Assembly: GCF_964355755.1 (NCBI RefSeq)
Contig: NC_092678.1
Coordinates: forward strand, 8,510,422-8,574,421
DNA from: Antedon mediterranea
Lineage: Eukaryota > Animalia > Echinodermata
Direction of reading: 5' to 3'
Length of the DNA stretch: 64,000 nucleotides
The position numbers and the translations under genes were made by a program. Below, in pieces: positions 21,978 through 36,900 of the stretch. Position 1 is the first letter of the stretch, and each line of letters starts with the position of its first letter. The notes under the pieces are model-generated. The model worked only from the letters and a program-made list of their open reading frames with translations, was not told where the DNA came from and searched no databases.

Positions 21978-24900
21978 CTACTGTTCAGGTGTTGCTGCTG
22001 TATTGTTGACATCCTCACTAACACTTTTACTTGATTCACCAACAAAAGCGCTAGATTCTCCGGTTTCTATGGTAACGCCAGATGATTTTCCAGATACAAC
22101 TTCTGTACATGTGATGTGAATTGATCCTTCCCTGAAATCAGTAATAAATATTTGCTAATTGTAATTCTATTTTATTTTATAATTTGAATGAATCAAAACT
22201 ATTAGGCCGAATTTTAACCTTAATAGGGTACTGTACTAATGTAATAGTTCCCTTTCGCACCTGCATTGTATTGTGACTCCAAATTTGTTACCTAACTTTA
22301 TCGTGAATTAGGGCTCATAAGTACTTTTATGAAAGAGAATCACATAAAAGGTAACAAATAAATCCTTTAAATTGGACGATTTTGCAGACGTGTTTCACGC
22401 TCACTGTTCGTGAATTTTTGCATACTCCATGTTCAATATTTTCGTTTCTATGGAACGTCAAAAGAGCAACAATAATAGAGGCAGCCGCGTAACCAAGGGG
22501 GTCTTGTCAGGGGGGGGGGACAAAGAGGGGCTGATCCTTCCAGACACCAAGTACTTGAGCCATAAAATTCATGATAAATGGCGCCTCCAACTAGTAGTAG
22601 TTGGCCTGGAAATAACACTCCCATTTATTGCACAGCAATCAGCAAAATGATCGTACATTTTCCACCGTTAAAAACACAGGTGACATAACATTTGAACATG
22701 TGAAAACTCAATCTAACATTGGATCCGCACCTGGCAAAGGTAGTAATTTTTCCGGTTAGAAGACTGAAAGATTGAGTATTGGAGCGACAGCCAGCCACGA
22801 AAGTACGTTCATTTTGCTGATCGCTAGCGCGTTACATATGATTAGTAGGAGTGTATTTTTTTAAGGTGGCCTCACACGCACAGTGTCACAATTGTGTATG
22901 AGATGCCCGCGATGGCGGCTTAGATAAAAGACGCCAAAAACCACAGTCAACTGACCGCATGTTAATGTACTGATAAGCAGTGCGTCTTCCCACGAGTTTG
23001 TCAGTCAGGATTTTGTGTATTTCATCTTACTTGAATATCGTACTGTACTGTGACTCATTTGAAGCCATATCATATATCGTATATTTATTCTTATCTTATA
23101 TTTTCTTTCTTTTTCTTTCTTCTATCCCTTCTTTGTATTTTATTTTATTTTTTTTACTTGTTACCCAGCCCGATCGAACGCTTCTCAACCCGGTAAAATC
23201 CGCCAGGGGGGTATTCCTCCCCCTGCCCCCGCCTGTTACGCCACTGAATAGAGGGCTAAAAACTCGGTGGAATGCATAAACTTTGAATGCATTAATTGAA
23301 ATTGAACATGATTTTCACTAAAAATGTGTTAAATATAATGGATTCCACCAAGTTTTTAGCCTTCTATTAATGTTGCATTTTTGGCGTTACATAAAAACGT
23401 AAATCTTAAACATGAAATTCAGGAGCTGTGTGCTAGAAAAACGTAAAATCATCAACTTAAAGGATTTATTTGTTACTTTTTATGTGATTCTTCATAAAAG
23501 TACTAATTCTAAGGTGTGGTGTTAGTATAAAGTTGGTTAACAAATTTGGAGTTAAAATAGAAGGCAGGTGCGAAAGGGAACTAGCATCTACTACTGTAGT
23601 TTGAGAAAGTGAATTTAAGGTTAGATTTGCACGAATACATTTTACTATGAATGTGTTTAGTTTTTTAGCCATCAACTTACCTGCGGTAGTGGAATACAGT
23701 TGTCACTTGTTTCTCCTTTTGACAATCCGTTGGAAGATCAGTCAGTACAAGCTGAAACAAATAATGTTAATAAGGAGGATTTGCAATCTTACAAATATCG
23801 AAAACAGATATATCATTGTAAATTTGCTATACTTTTGAGCTGATCTCCTTTTGATCTCCCTATTATAATCTTGAATCAATAATACTTACCACAAGAACCA
23901 ACCTGTCGCAACTGGTATATTTATTTCTACTGTATAAGGGACTGTCAAAATTATTTTACTGCATTTTGTTTACTCTTTAACTTTATAAAATATTTAGCAA
24001 GGTAGTTTTTAGATAATGGTTATACACAAACTTTTAATTGCAGTGATTGGCTCATAATCTTGTACTGAAACAAACTAAATCATTTACTGCAAGAAAAATG
24101 TAGTTACTGCAGTAGAATAATTTTGTAATATAAAAAGTAAAAAATATTAATTGTTACTTTTGCAACTAATATACATTCTTCTTCTGTACTGCCCTCTTCA
24201 CCACAGTAGACTCCTATACAGACTGATGATTTATCTTCTTGTACAGTGTATGTATGTTGTCGTCTCACAGGAATATATGTGTTCTTTGGAACAGCTGTTT
24301 GGAGACTAGTTTCATCTGAATTTGATACCTAAGAGTAGGTTTAGAAACAAAAATAGTAAAAAAATAATATTTCTATATAATAATACCACTCTTCAATTGA
24401 TTTTTCATTTAAAGATGTATTTTCTTCCAATAACATAAAAAATGAAGATTAATTAAATCAGACTTTGAATATGTTATTTTGTAGTTTTAATAAAGTTAAT
24501 CACTTCCATAGAAAAAAAAAAGAAAAAAAAATGTTTTCAATTGTAAAACGACAAAATAAATGGTTAAATTCAACCAAAAATCCATTGGCTGGCAGCCAAT
24601 TTGACCATTTTTTGCTTTAAATTACATTTTTTCAGGTAAATACATTTTTTTTCGATCCAATTTTTGGTCAAAGTGGATAACTATTATGTTACATTAAAAT
24701 GGAATATTCAACAAAAATAATTTTAAGAATTATTTTTTCAGGGGGACAATACATCTTTAATAAAACAAAGAATGAATGTTTGTGTTGGATGATGGAAAAT
24801 ATTTCATTTGTTGAAAGATTCACTCGACAGGTATTGGTCTACATTAGTACATATTGCTTTCCAAAAATGTGCCATTTGGAATGTCGCGAGTTCTAAAGTG

Positions 24901-27900
24901 TAGTTAATTGAATATCATTTGACCCACAATCGTCCAATCAAATGAGAAGAATCTACTTGAGTGTGTTAAAAAATCCAAATAATGAATATTTATAAGAAAG
25001 CTTGCATTTAAAAAAGCTTACAAAATAGAATACATTTTGTCTTTCACGAAATGAAATTATTTGTTTCATTGCATGAATATAAAACATTCATTATTGTACA
25101 TACACAATCTAACAAGAAGCTAGGCCAATAACTACAAAATCCGAAAAGGCGCGCCCACATTTTAGAATAGTGTAATCATTATAGATGACACATACTACAG
25201 GTTGATCGAATGTGATCAGTCAACAGCCTAGCCTTTTTATTTGTTGCGTGTGTGGTTGCTCACAAAAATTAACTAGCACGACGAAATTGCAGGACACTCG
25301 AATATAACGACATTGACGGAATTAAGAGATCAATAGAATATTTATTTAATGTGATCCACAATCCTCTAATCAAATGACAAGAATCTAATTAGTTGCGTTA
25401 TAATAATATACAAAAAAATCTGTGGGTAATATTATGATTTTATGCTAGGCTAGCCACCTGCAGTTAGTTAAAATGTACTACACGCATTCACTCAATATTT
25501 TGCTTGCCATATGAAACAGATATTTACTGGCTTACGAAAAACAAATAAAATGGTGTTAAACCTCCCTAATGTATTCATAGTGTGAAAGATTTAATATTTT
25601 ACCTTGACTAGAAGTGCATAAGGAATGCACTCTCCTTGAACTGATTCTACATCTAACAACTGAATATCATCATGTCCAGAAATAAGAGCAGCCTGCAGAG
25701 CAAATATATAAAACATTACATTTTTACTCAATAGTTACGATTCATATTTAAAAATGGCTTTGACATGTTATTTCATTTGTATTATGCAGTTGGTTCCATG
25801 GTGGTGGCCACAGTACATCCAGAAATGATACCATTCTATTGTTGTTGTACTAGGTTTTGTAAAGGATAATTTACACAGGCAAGCATTCTCATCACGGTAG
25901 GTGCTGACCTGTGGTTCTTCAGAAGGCCTAGTAATCCAAATTTCTTTTGGGATCAGGTGCCACTTTCGGCCACCTTGGCATTGGACTATACCATTAGAAA
26001 AGGATGGGAAAATAGGGATGTCCCATTCATTAATTTAGTGTGCAAATGTGTTAAATTACTGCTGCTTTTGTTCTAGCTTGTACCTTATGTGTGTCAACAG
26101 TGTTACACTGTCAGTGAGGGGTTAGTGTGACATTTAAATGTTTACCTGTTTTGCAGCACCTATAGCTACAACTTCTTCGGGTGCTAGCGTATTTAGCATC
26201 TCTGCCTCTGGGAACTTAGCACGCAGTAATTGTTGGAGTTTTGGTATTCTGGTTGAACCGCCAACTAACACAACCTAAAAAATGGAAATAAATAATTGTA
26301 TGTTTCTTTTGCTTTATATATTTGATTAAAAATGTTCATCTGGTTATGAATAACTATTAGGTATTTTGTCATTTCTTCTGAGGAAGCTATCCAAACAGAC
26401 AGCGAAACTGTTAAGGTTAGTTTCGCAAATTGTTTGGTTTTCGCAAAAAAAACCCAATAACTCTTATATATTTGTTACCAAATACAGACATATGCAGTTG
26501 ATCACTACAGGTTGATCAAACATGATTAGTCATGCATAGCCTCTTGTCACATGTGGTTGCTCACGGACTGTGCATGAATGCACAAAACAAAATTGCAGTA
26601 CTCGATTGCACTCTTGAGATTGCTATAGTACAATTATTTAATATCATGTGACCCACAATTCTTTCATCAAATAACAAGAATCTATTAAGGCGCCCTGCAT
26701 TTTGGGCTATATTAAATTTAACTTTATCATCATTATTATTTTAATATATTTTATTTTACTTACTTTATGAATATCTACATGAGTCAATTTGGCCGATTCT
26801 AAAACTTTGTCAACTGGCTGTAAACATTCTTGAAGATGGCTTTGTATTAGAGACTCTAATTTTGCCCTGAAATTAAAAAAATTACTGCCTACTGAATACC
26901 ATAAAAAAATACACACATTATAAACAATAATAGCGAGAATATTTCATGATTTGAAAAATATTCTCTACATTAAAAAAATTAAACATTCACTATTTGTCTG
27001 TGAAAAGACACAAACTGTAAGAAGCACCATTCATTGCTTATTCCCACATGCATTTTACGATACAGCGGTTGTGCTTGTAAAAAAAAAAAATATGAAAATA
27101 GACTTTTCAGATATTTGCTCCTTGATTAAATTAAATTTTATAATGAGAAGCAACGCAAAAGATAAAAGATGATAAAAATAATCAAATGTCATTACCTAGA
27201 AACTTTATTTTGAAAGTCAATACCCTCATGAACAGATTCAACAAATGTAGATGCTGTGTTGAGTGTTGATAAGACATGCTTACATGTCTCGCAAGCATTA
27301 GACAATTTGGCCATCCCACGCTTGTTGTCGCGTACATCAACTCGCCATTGTCTAAGAGAAAGATCAAAAGAAAAAAATATTCTGTAGCTTCTAAAACAAG
27401 GATTGAACCACGGACATTGGGTTTGGAAGGCAATCATCTACTAGGATGCAACAGCCAAAGACGTAGGCTGAATGCAAGTAATTTGCCTTTGCATTGAAAA
27501 TACTGTATCAGAAGTACAGGGTCACAAGGTCACACTGGAAATATAAAAGTATACCATTATTATATATCTCTGGTACACAGATACAAAAGTTGCGCATGCG
27601 TCCCTGGGATGTAATGTCTTTTGACCGAAAAGTCTGGCTGTATTATCATATCTCCTATACAGTATGAAAAAGGCTTTACCTTTCTAACATATTGAGGGCA
27701 CACTACTCTAGTCCTTTTCACCTTGTGAGTGAGCACTGCCCTACTGTTATTGACGCATTGTTAAATGTGACACAATGTGTGCTTGGCTTGATAGTTGATA
27801 GGGAATACGGATCTAGGCCAGTTTGCCGAATCCCTTTTTTGTCGACTGGCTATGTAAATGGTGTATCACACGAAAACCCCACATTGCCGACAATAATAAA

Positions 27901-30900
27901 ACTATGAAAAATGTCTTTTTCATTCATAAAAAAAATCACAAGCCTTACTTAAAAAAAAAAATCACAAGCCTAGCTAAGCCAGCGATCACTAGGCCACCTA
28001 TGCTATGTGAAACAAAGGCCAAAGAAATGCTTTTGCTTAAATACTGGGCATCATTATAAACAGTGCCAGCAGTAATTGTAAAATAACAGTGGATTATCTT
28101 AGATTTTGAATCTCTAGGCTAGGATTGTGCTTAGGCCTAAATCATCCAGATTTTAAGGGGAAAAATAGCCAATTTCGGGGAGACAGAATAGAAAAAAAAT
28201 CCTGCAAATTTTGTGAATTTGGGACATCTGCTACTCTATGAGTAAAATGGCACCGCCATATGGTTCTATCCTATAATACCTTTCAAACATGTATTTTACG
28301 AACATAAGATTCTTGTGTTATAGGTTTTTAATTATAGAGTACATAATGCAAGATTATAATACAAACAAACAAACCTTTTGAATTCAACGGCACATGCCTC
28401 AACAAGGGAGCTGGTAAAATGTGATCCTCCGCAGTCCATTTGTTCATACGATTCAAGAATCCGGTACATACCACAATTTACATTTAGTACAGCTATACTC
28501 ATCGATGTTCCACCAAGTCGATAAACTAATACATTACTAAAACAATACAATCAAAATTAATTCTTTCTTTATATCAACCTCACACTACTGAAATGCTTTC
28601 AACATACAAGTAGATTTTATTAATAAAGGAAAATGGCAAACAAATGCCTACAATTACAAATTGGGTATAAAATCATAATAAACTAATTTTCCTATGCCTT
28701 CTTAATGTTTATGTAGTTCCTGTATGTATAGTTAAATTTTCTCAACTTACAATATGGCAGATTAGATTTGAGAATAGTAAAGAAAACAAAGACGATTAGT
28801 ATAAGGCCTAGTGTGTACGAGATAATATTAGATAACCACAGTCAAACATAATGTACATGTATTCAAAAGCCTCTAGACAATTGTTAAAAACTTTTTTTGC
28901 CTTTTCTCATATATTAAGTGGCTACAATAAACCTTTTGTTGACAATGAATATAATTTTTGAAAATTATTGGAAAATAATGACACTCATAATCATAATGAT
29001 GGTGCCTAAAAACATTAAGCATAATGAAAAGTTTAGTGAGCTATCTACCAAATCCTTTATAAGCGACTATAGACAAGTCCAGATTTGAGAAAAATGAAAT
29101 GTTTATTCGCTTTAAACACGAAATGCCTACAGCATCTTATTAGAGTGGAAATATGACTATCTGGACTAGTCCAATACGTACAGTAAGCACTTTTGCATGA
29201 GACGTGGGTGTTCCTTTACGGAAAAGAAAATTAAAGAAATTGATTGTAATGTATACCTAATCTCTGCTGATGTGTCTTGTCCAATATCATATGCTAATGC
29301 TGCAGCAGACGCTTCATTCACTATTCGACATATTCTGAACCCTGCCACACTTGCTGCTTTGCTGTAACAAAATGAAAAATAAAATATAAATTCTTTTTAA
29401 GTTATTCAATTCTAATATAATTAATACTGACAATTTTATTTAATAATCGCAATCCACAACGTGTTACTCGTAGCTCCTCTTCTGTTGGTACTCTTTTTGA
29501 TATTCGTCGCTGCAGAACAGAATCTTCTTTTCAATCATATATCCCACGTGCTACAAGAATTTGGAACAACTTACCCGGTGAAATTCGCAACTTAGATATG
29601 TCTGTTAGTTTTAAAACCAAATTACTTAATTATCTCAATATTTATTTTTTTAATAATTTTGATATTGAAAATGTGTGTAGTTGGTCGCTTTCTTGTAGAT
29701 ACTTTAAGCGTAGAATGTAATTTGTTTGGTTTATTTTTGTGCTCTGTTTTGGGTTGACCAACTAGCACAGTCTTTTGACCTGTTTGGTCTTTCCTTGCCT
29801 TTTACATTTATTTTTGTCTTCTTTGTATTGAATATGGCAGAAAATTGAATAAATAAAATAAAAAAATGAAAACACCAATTTTATTGGTAAAATACATCAG
29901 GGAAACTTTATTCAGAGAGAGAGGGGTCACAACTTGATATTTCAGCCCATGTAAAAAGAATAGAGAGGGTGTGCTTTTTAATATTTTAGCACATATGAAA
30001 AATACAGGTAAGTCAGATTTTAATAATAAGCTTTTGTGACACCAGTATACCAATTTTCCTAAAAATGAATAGGCATGTTCTGTAAGTAAACCTAATAACA
30101 CCTAAACATTCATATGAGGCTGATAACTTAGAAATTGTGGACATGCTATTGTGTGAACAAATAAACAAAGCATGTACAGACTATACTTAGCAAAATTCTA
30201 TTTTACTAAGTAATAAAAAACATCAACACCACACACTTCACAAGTAGTACTAAACTAGCATTTATCAGGGTTATGCAAAATTATGAATTATAAAAAATTC
30301 TATCAATAGCGATCAAGACAAATAGAGATTATTTAAATTTTACAGGCTGGCATGGTATTTTACAATAAAATTTAATGACAAAAAACAAGATCGACATTTC
30401 GGAATCATCATGAAACCATTTTCATGATCAAGTAATCGAATTAAACAAAAACAACAAACACCAATAGGTGACAGGAAATACTAATTAATTTGTAATTTGG
30501 CAAGGTATTTGCATTTAAATTTATACAAATTTGTCCTACTACATGCATCTATACACAATGGATATCAAAATGACAGAAATTGTACAATGTTTTATGAACT
30601 TTCAACATTATCAACTATCTTGGGTCCAGGCCAAATGAGTCAAAATGTCCAGTTTTGTGTTATATATTTTTAGTTTATTATACAAATGTTATTGCACGCA
30701 TCCATACTATTAAAGGTTTGTGCAGGGAGTTGGAATTAGAAGTAATGAGGTTTAACATTATCAACATTGTCCTGGGAAGGTTTAACCTATAAATCTATCA
30801 ATTTTTCTATTTGATAGTTTGCATAATATTTGGCAACTCTTATGACAACACAAATGTTGTGTCCTGGAGAATAAGGCACACACTATTCAATGTGTACACG

Positions 30901-33900
30901 GACAATAAACCAAATAAATTACTCTACTCTAAATACTCTACCTGATTGTATTACTCTGTTCTGTAGTAAAGTTTGTTGGTACTGTAAGTACAACGTCCAT
31001 TACATCTAACCCACCCTGAGATGATGCTATACCTGAAAAACATTGATATATACAATTACAACCATCCTATGCTATTATAACTTATTATACAACATGGAGT
31101 GTATATTTGCCATTTGATTGATGATTTAAGCATCACATGTTGTTCAATAGTTTGTACTAATTAACAATAAGCAGCACTAATGAATGATGAAGTTTCATTT
31201 TTTGCAACACATGACTGAAACCGCTTGTCCATGCCACATTTTGTTGAATTATGCAGAAAATATAAATTTAAAAATGGTATAAATTAATTTGCAAAAGATA
31301 GGATCAATTGGGAGAGGCCTTTGCCCACGATGTGGGTTGAAGACAGAGATTAATTAATTACAAATGGTGCTATGATGTATTATGTAAGTATACATCTACA
31401 TCTTGATATTACCCATGATGCTTGTTAATTCGCTGCATCGCATATGGTGTAAACCAAGCTTGTCATATTATAAACTTACTGTACATCTTTTTGAAAATGA
31501 GCACTAAGACCTCTTGCGGAGTAACTGCTATTCTCTTCTCATTTGACTCTACTTCATATACTGGTAAATTCTTCTGATTGATTATTTTGCAAGAGCTTTC
31601 TTTGACAAGTTTTTGAATAAATGGTTCATTGAAACTGCAAAATAAAACAACAATTATACTTTAATACCACACACTTTGCCAAGTGGTTAATGTAGACATT
31701 ATTGTCAAATGTCCAATTTGGATCAGATTATCAGTATCACATGCATTTAAAAAGTGTATATAAAAAAAATAATAATTAAATAATCAACTTAATTTTCTCT
31801 TTTCTCTCTATCCATTAAAAGAACCTTTCAGCTAAAATACCAGGTCTTGCCAAATTTTGCCAAAAAAGAAAAACAATTAATTCAGCAACGCGACAACTTG
31901 ATGCTAGGCCTACATCTAGATATTCGTATCTCACCGCTCTTTACCAGCTAGGCCTACAAAACTAAGCCCAACTTAGCTAGTCCTAGAAATTGAAATAAAT
32001 GCCATGGGGCATTTATCGTTCAGGAGGTATTTAAGGAGGCGTTTATTCGATAAAGGCGTTTGTAGATGATGATTAATGGGGGGAAGGGGCCGTTTATTAA
32101 AAGCGGAACATTTACTCGAATAGGGTATGTAAAAATGCATTTATAAACCCAACATTTTAGGTTAGTCCAACAAGGTTTATTTTGTGTGTACTTACTTTTT
32201 CCCTATAATGTGTTTTACATTCACTATTGTGTTGGAAGCATTGCGAATCCGTCCTTGTTTTGCTCCAAGGCCAACGTTCTATGTTGGTAAGAAAAAGAAA
32301 TGATTTAAGTTTGCCAGGTAATAAAGAAATTGAAATTAATTTTTGTTTTCATGGATGTGAATTAACTTTATTAAAACTGCAAAATGACCTAAAAGTCTGA
32401 TTTTATAAATCTTTATTCTTGATTTTGGGGGATAATACATCTTTTAAAAAAGACCTTTACTTACAGTATATGAAATATGTTGTTTACTCTTTAATTATAT
32501 AATTTTATTTATACTTCCAAATAATTGGGAAAAATATAATAATAATTTATGGTTGCAACTCCTAGGTAGGAGGAACAAAAAGAGTTGATTTAAAACTGCA
32601 AAATGACCTATAAAGTCTGATTTTATAAATCTTTATTCTTGATTTTGGGGGATAATACGTCTTTTAAAAAAGACCTTTACTTACAGTATATGAAATATGT
32701 TGTTTACTCTTTAATTATATAATTTTATTTATACTTCCAAATAATTGGGAAAAATATAATAATAATTTATGGTTGCAACTCTTAGGTAGGAGGAACAAAA
32801 ATAGTTGATTTGTATTTATTTTAAACACAAAATAATTATGACATTTAATTAACTCATTGTTTGATTGCGATCAAAAGAAATGTGCGATAAGGAACAAAAA
32901 ACAATACTTTGTAGAATCTCGATAAAAAATAATGCCCCATGGTTTGTGTTAATGTAAAGCTGTAAAAGTCAATACAGTTTTAACGTTGTAAATATTTATT
33001 TCCCCCCAAAAATGAAGATTAATAAAGACTTTGAATAGGTAATAATAGGCAGTAACAATAAAGTTAATCACTTCCAAAAAAGAGTATTGTTTTCTCTAAA
33101 AAGATAAACCAAAAACCCATTGAAACTTCAATTTGGCTAAAATATTTGCCTTAAATTACCGTTGTTCAGGTAAATATTTTTTGGTTCGATCCAATTTTTG
33201 GTGAAAGTGATTAACTACATAACAATATTAACAATATTAATATTAATAGTAATAAAAAAAAAATTTTTTTTTGGGATAATATATCTTCAAATAATAATCA
33301 CATCAGCGGAAAAAGAAACTGACCCTATCTTTTCCAAAATAAGCAACCATCGCAGGTGTCACACGGTCACCAGAATCATTTGCAACGACATCAGTCTTTC
33401 CATCCTTAAAAAAAAAACCAATAAAACAAAGATTGAAATGCCAATCCACGATTTTGTGACTTAATTAATAATAAAGCCATTTACTGTATGTTATTTTGCT
33501 GACAGGGATTCCCCTTTTAAAAAAAAACATGCACTAGTGTGTCAAAACATGGCCATGTAAAGATGACGTATACAGTAGGCCTATTATTACTAATAACCAT
33601 ACGTTTAAAACATCCACTGTATGATACAGTAGGTCTATTTGTACATCATAGTCCTACTGTATAGGCCCGGTAGATTGATTTATAACGGCATATTATCTAT
33701 ATATTTTATTATTATTATCCTAAAACCATGCCCATGTCAGAGATCAAATGTAAAAATCATCGTTATGCATCATCTTCCTTTATTGCATAAACCTCATTGA
33801 GCTGGTATCCACTTGCAGGTATAGAACGAGTTTCGTAATTAACTGTGATTAAAAAATACGCAATAGGCGCGTCTACAGTACTTGTTTAACTATTAAATTA

Positions 33901-36900
33901 TTTCAACATTTTCAAAAAGCCAATCTTTTCAATAAAACAGTTTTAAAACACATTACAATTATTCATTGACACCTGTAGGATAAAATGAAAACACAAATTA
34001 TTTATAAATAATCGAGATAAAAATATATATTTACTGTACTTAAAAATAATAACGATCGAGGTAAAAAAATGTTAATAAAAAATGTAATTCTATATTCAAA
34101 ATTAACTAAAAACATAATTAGTGTGTCCCATACAAATGAGCGCGACCAAAATAAAACGCGACCGATATCGAACGTAACTAATATGATAAAAAGCGTATCT
34201 ACTGTAGCGGCGCTCCACACAAAATGCCGGATGTTGATTTTATCGCGACCGATTTATTTCAAGCGGGATATAACCGGTTGGGCCGCCGGTAATTTCTATG
34301 AAATGCCAAGTGCGTCTTTTACAACATTTCGCGTACTGATTAGAGTGGTGTCTCTACATTAGTACATAAGTTCATGGTCTTTAGGTTTATTGTGTCATGA
34401 AAATAAATAATATAGGCCTAGGCTAATTACATACTACAATATAATTTTGTTGGTTTGAACCGCCATAACAACACAGCAAAGGAAAGTAGGCCTATTCATA
34501 TTTAATAATTTAATTGTTTTTAATCTTTCAAGGTAAAAATGCAGTGCACTCCGTAATAGTTTTCTCGCGTGTAGGCCTCTACCACGTAAAACTCAAGTTT
34601 TCTCTCACTCAAAACTAATATAGTATTGATATTCTTCGAATGAGGTTAAAAATTATTATTTTTTATTTACTATCTTTTAATGTATTTTATTTACAATGTT
34701 AATACACAAAATATTTTAATACAAAACGGTGATTTTATGATGTTTTAGGCCTTATATTTTGGAGTCTACAAGTCAGATTTTCATAATTATTTCATTAATT
34801 GTAATATTTAATACGCAGTGGTTAGGATTCCGGCACCGGAACTCAACTTCCCACCGTTTGGAAATCCGACACGCTATTGCGCATGCCCAGAGCGAAGTAA
34901 TTATAGCTTGCACATTGCACTAGTGCCACAGACCGCGCACCACATTGTCATTACCCGGAGTGTTAACTAGGGATGTACTGTAACCAAAGATAGTGTCACT
35001 ATCTTCGCTGTGGCCTAGTTAGTCGTCGCGCGAGCCAGAGAGCGATGGATGAAACTTGGCCTAGGCCATACATGAATTAATAATTAAAATACGACTACGC
35101 CACGCGTTAAAATAATTATTATGATATTGATAAGAATCAGCTTGCGTATTTCAAGTTATGTACGAAAGTGAATAGCGTAGCGTTGCGACTTCTCCCAAAC
35201 AGTTCTGTTTTTTTGTTCACATCCGCGCGGCGGCTGCTGTCAACAAATCAACTTGTATACGATTGCATGATGTTATGTACAGTATAATGCGTTATATGAA
35301 ATCTTTTATTTTGTACTTGAAAAATCATAAAAATTAAAACTAGTCATGTAATTATAATTCATAATTATATGAAGTTTATATATGAATGAAGCAACGACTT
35401 TTTTAAATACGAAAAAAATAGGCCCATTGGTCACATGGTAGGCCTACTAGTATTAGTAGGCATCTAGGCTAGTTCGCCGTGGCGCGCAGCTATTGAAATG
35501 ATACATCGCTGTTAAGCCTGTTTTCGCTACAGCGTTTCCATTAAAATCGCTACACGCGCAGATGTCGCCGACGCAATCGGGAAGGCTCCCCGATTCATCG
35601 CAGTCAAATCGGCAAAGTTAAACCATGTTTAACTTTGCCGATTGTGTCGGCGATGAATTGTATACGTGTACCAAAGAATATTTAGCGCTCGCGTACTAGA
35701 TCCCCGATAAATTCTAGCGTTTCCATAGAATCGCTACGCTCTGTCGTGTAGCGATTTTATGGAAACCAGACTTTAAGCCGATTTTCCACTAGGCGAATTT
35801 GTTCGCGCGAATCGAACGCGCCAGCTTGTACGCATGTGTATTCATGTTTACGTCTTCCAAATCCTTCTCTACGCATGCGTATTAGCTGACGCCTTCGATT
35901 CGCGCGAACAAATTCGCCTAGTGGAAAATCGGCTTTAGTCTGTAGAGTAAAATAGAGTTGCCGATTACCTCACTCTGGGCATGCGCAATAGCGTGTCGGA
36001 TTCCCTAACGCTGAGCAGTTAAGTTCCGGTGCCGGAATCCTAACCACGGCGTATTTAATAATAGGCTAGGCCCTACTAGGTAGGCCTATCGGAGTATGGT
36101 CGAAGCGGCCGCCAACCAAAGCGGCCGCCAGTTTAATATCGTCATTTGTATGGAACGCCATGTGCGCTTTAATCTTTGATTGTCGTTGTCAACGCCATGG
36201 CCTATGGCGAGTTGAGTTACAGCTGTGTGTATGGTCAAACCAATAAATATAAGCCAAATCATGTACTATCGAATCTTTATATTTCTATAATAATTAAGTT
36301 TGCCTGCGGATAAATCAATGTATATTTTATATGTATTTTAATATTAATAACTAACTAAATATATTTACATTATATATTATCGAATCATTAATAATTTACG
36401 TTTGCATCATAATCTACATACTATTGAACCTCTATGTCTCATTTATTACGTACTATTTATTTATTTGTTTATTTTATCCTCTTGACCTGACGTTTCTTGA
36501 GCACTCTCCTATCGAATCTTTATACAGTATTGCATTAATAATTTACCTACGGTATTGGCGAATATTTATATCTCATTTACATACTATCGAATCTTCATAC
36601 AGTATTGCAATAATAATTTACGTACGGTATTGCCGAATCTTTATATCTCATTTACATACTATCGAATCTTTTTACAGTATTGCAATATAATAATTTACGT
36701 CCGGTATTGCCGAATATTTATATCTCATTTACATACTATCGAATCCTTATACAGTATTGCAATAATAATTTACGTACTATTAAGGTATTGCCGAATCTTT
36801 ATTTCTCATTTACATACTATCAAGTCTTTATACTGTACTGTACAGTATTGCATTAATAATTTACGTACGGTATTGCCGAATATTTATATCTCATTTACAT

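Larger units (their letters stand above)
34814..36051. mobile_element. Mutator/MULE-like non-autonomous element with nested MITEs
   Basis: ~85-bp TIRs cgcagtggttaggattccggcaccggaact.. / ..agttccggtgccggaatcctaaccacggcg; 9-bp TSD TATTTAATA. Confidence 0.85.

Noticed and set aside
25855-26135. Telomerase RNA (CTAACCCC upstream of an H/ACA-like domain)
   Set aside because: Not a TTAGGG template (ctaacccctca); no pseudoknot or P6.1 recognisable.
27385-27460. tRNA-Gly(TCC)-like sequence on the minus strand; also an A-box-like start at ~7715
   Set aside because: Only the anticodon loop and B box resemble tRNA; no cloverleaf. Likely SINE relics.
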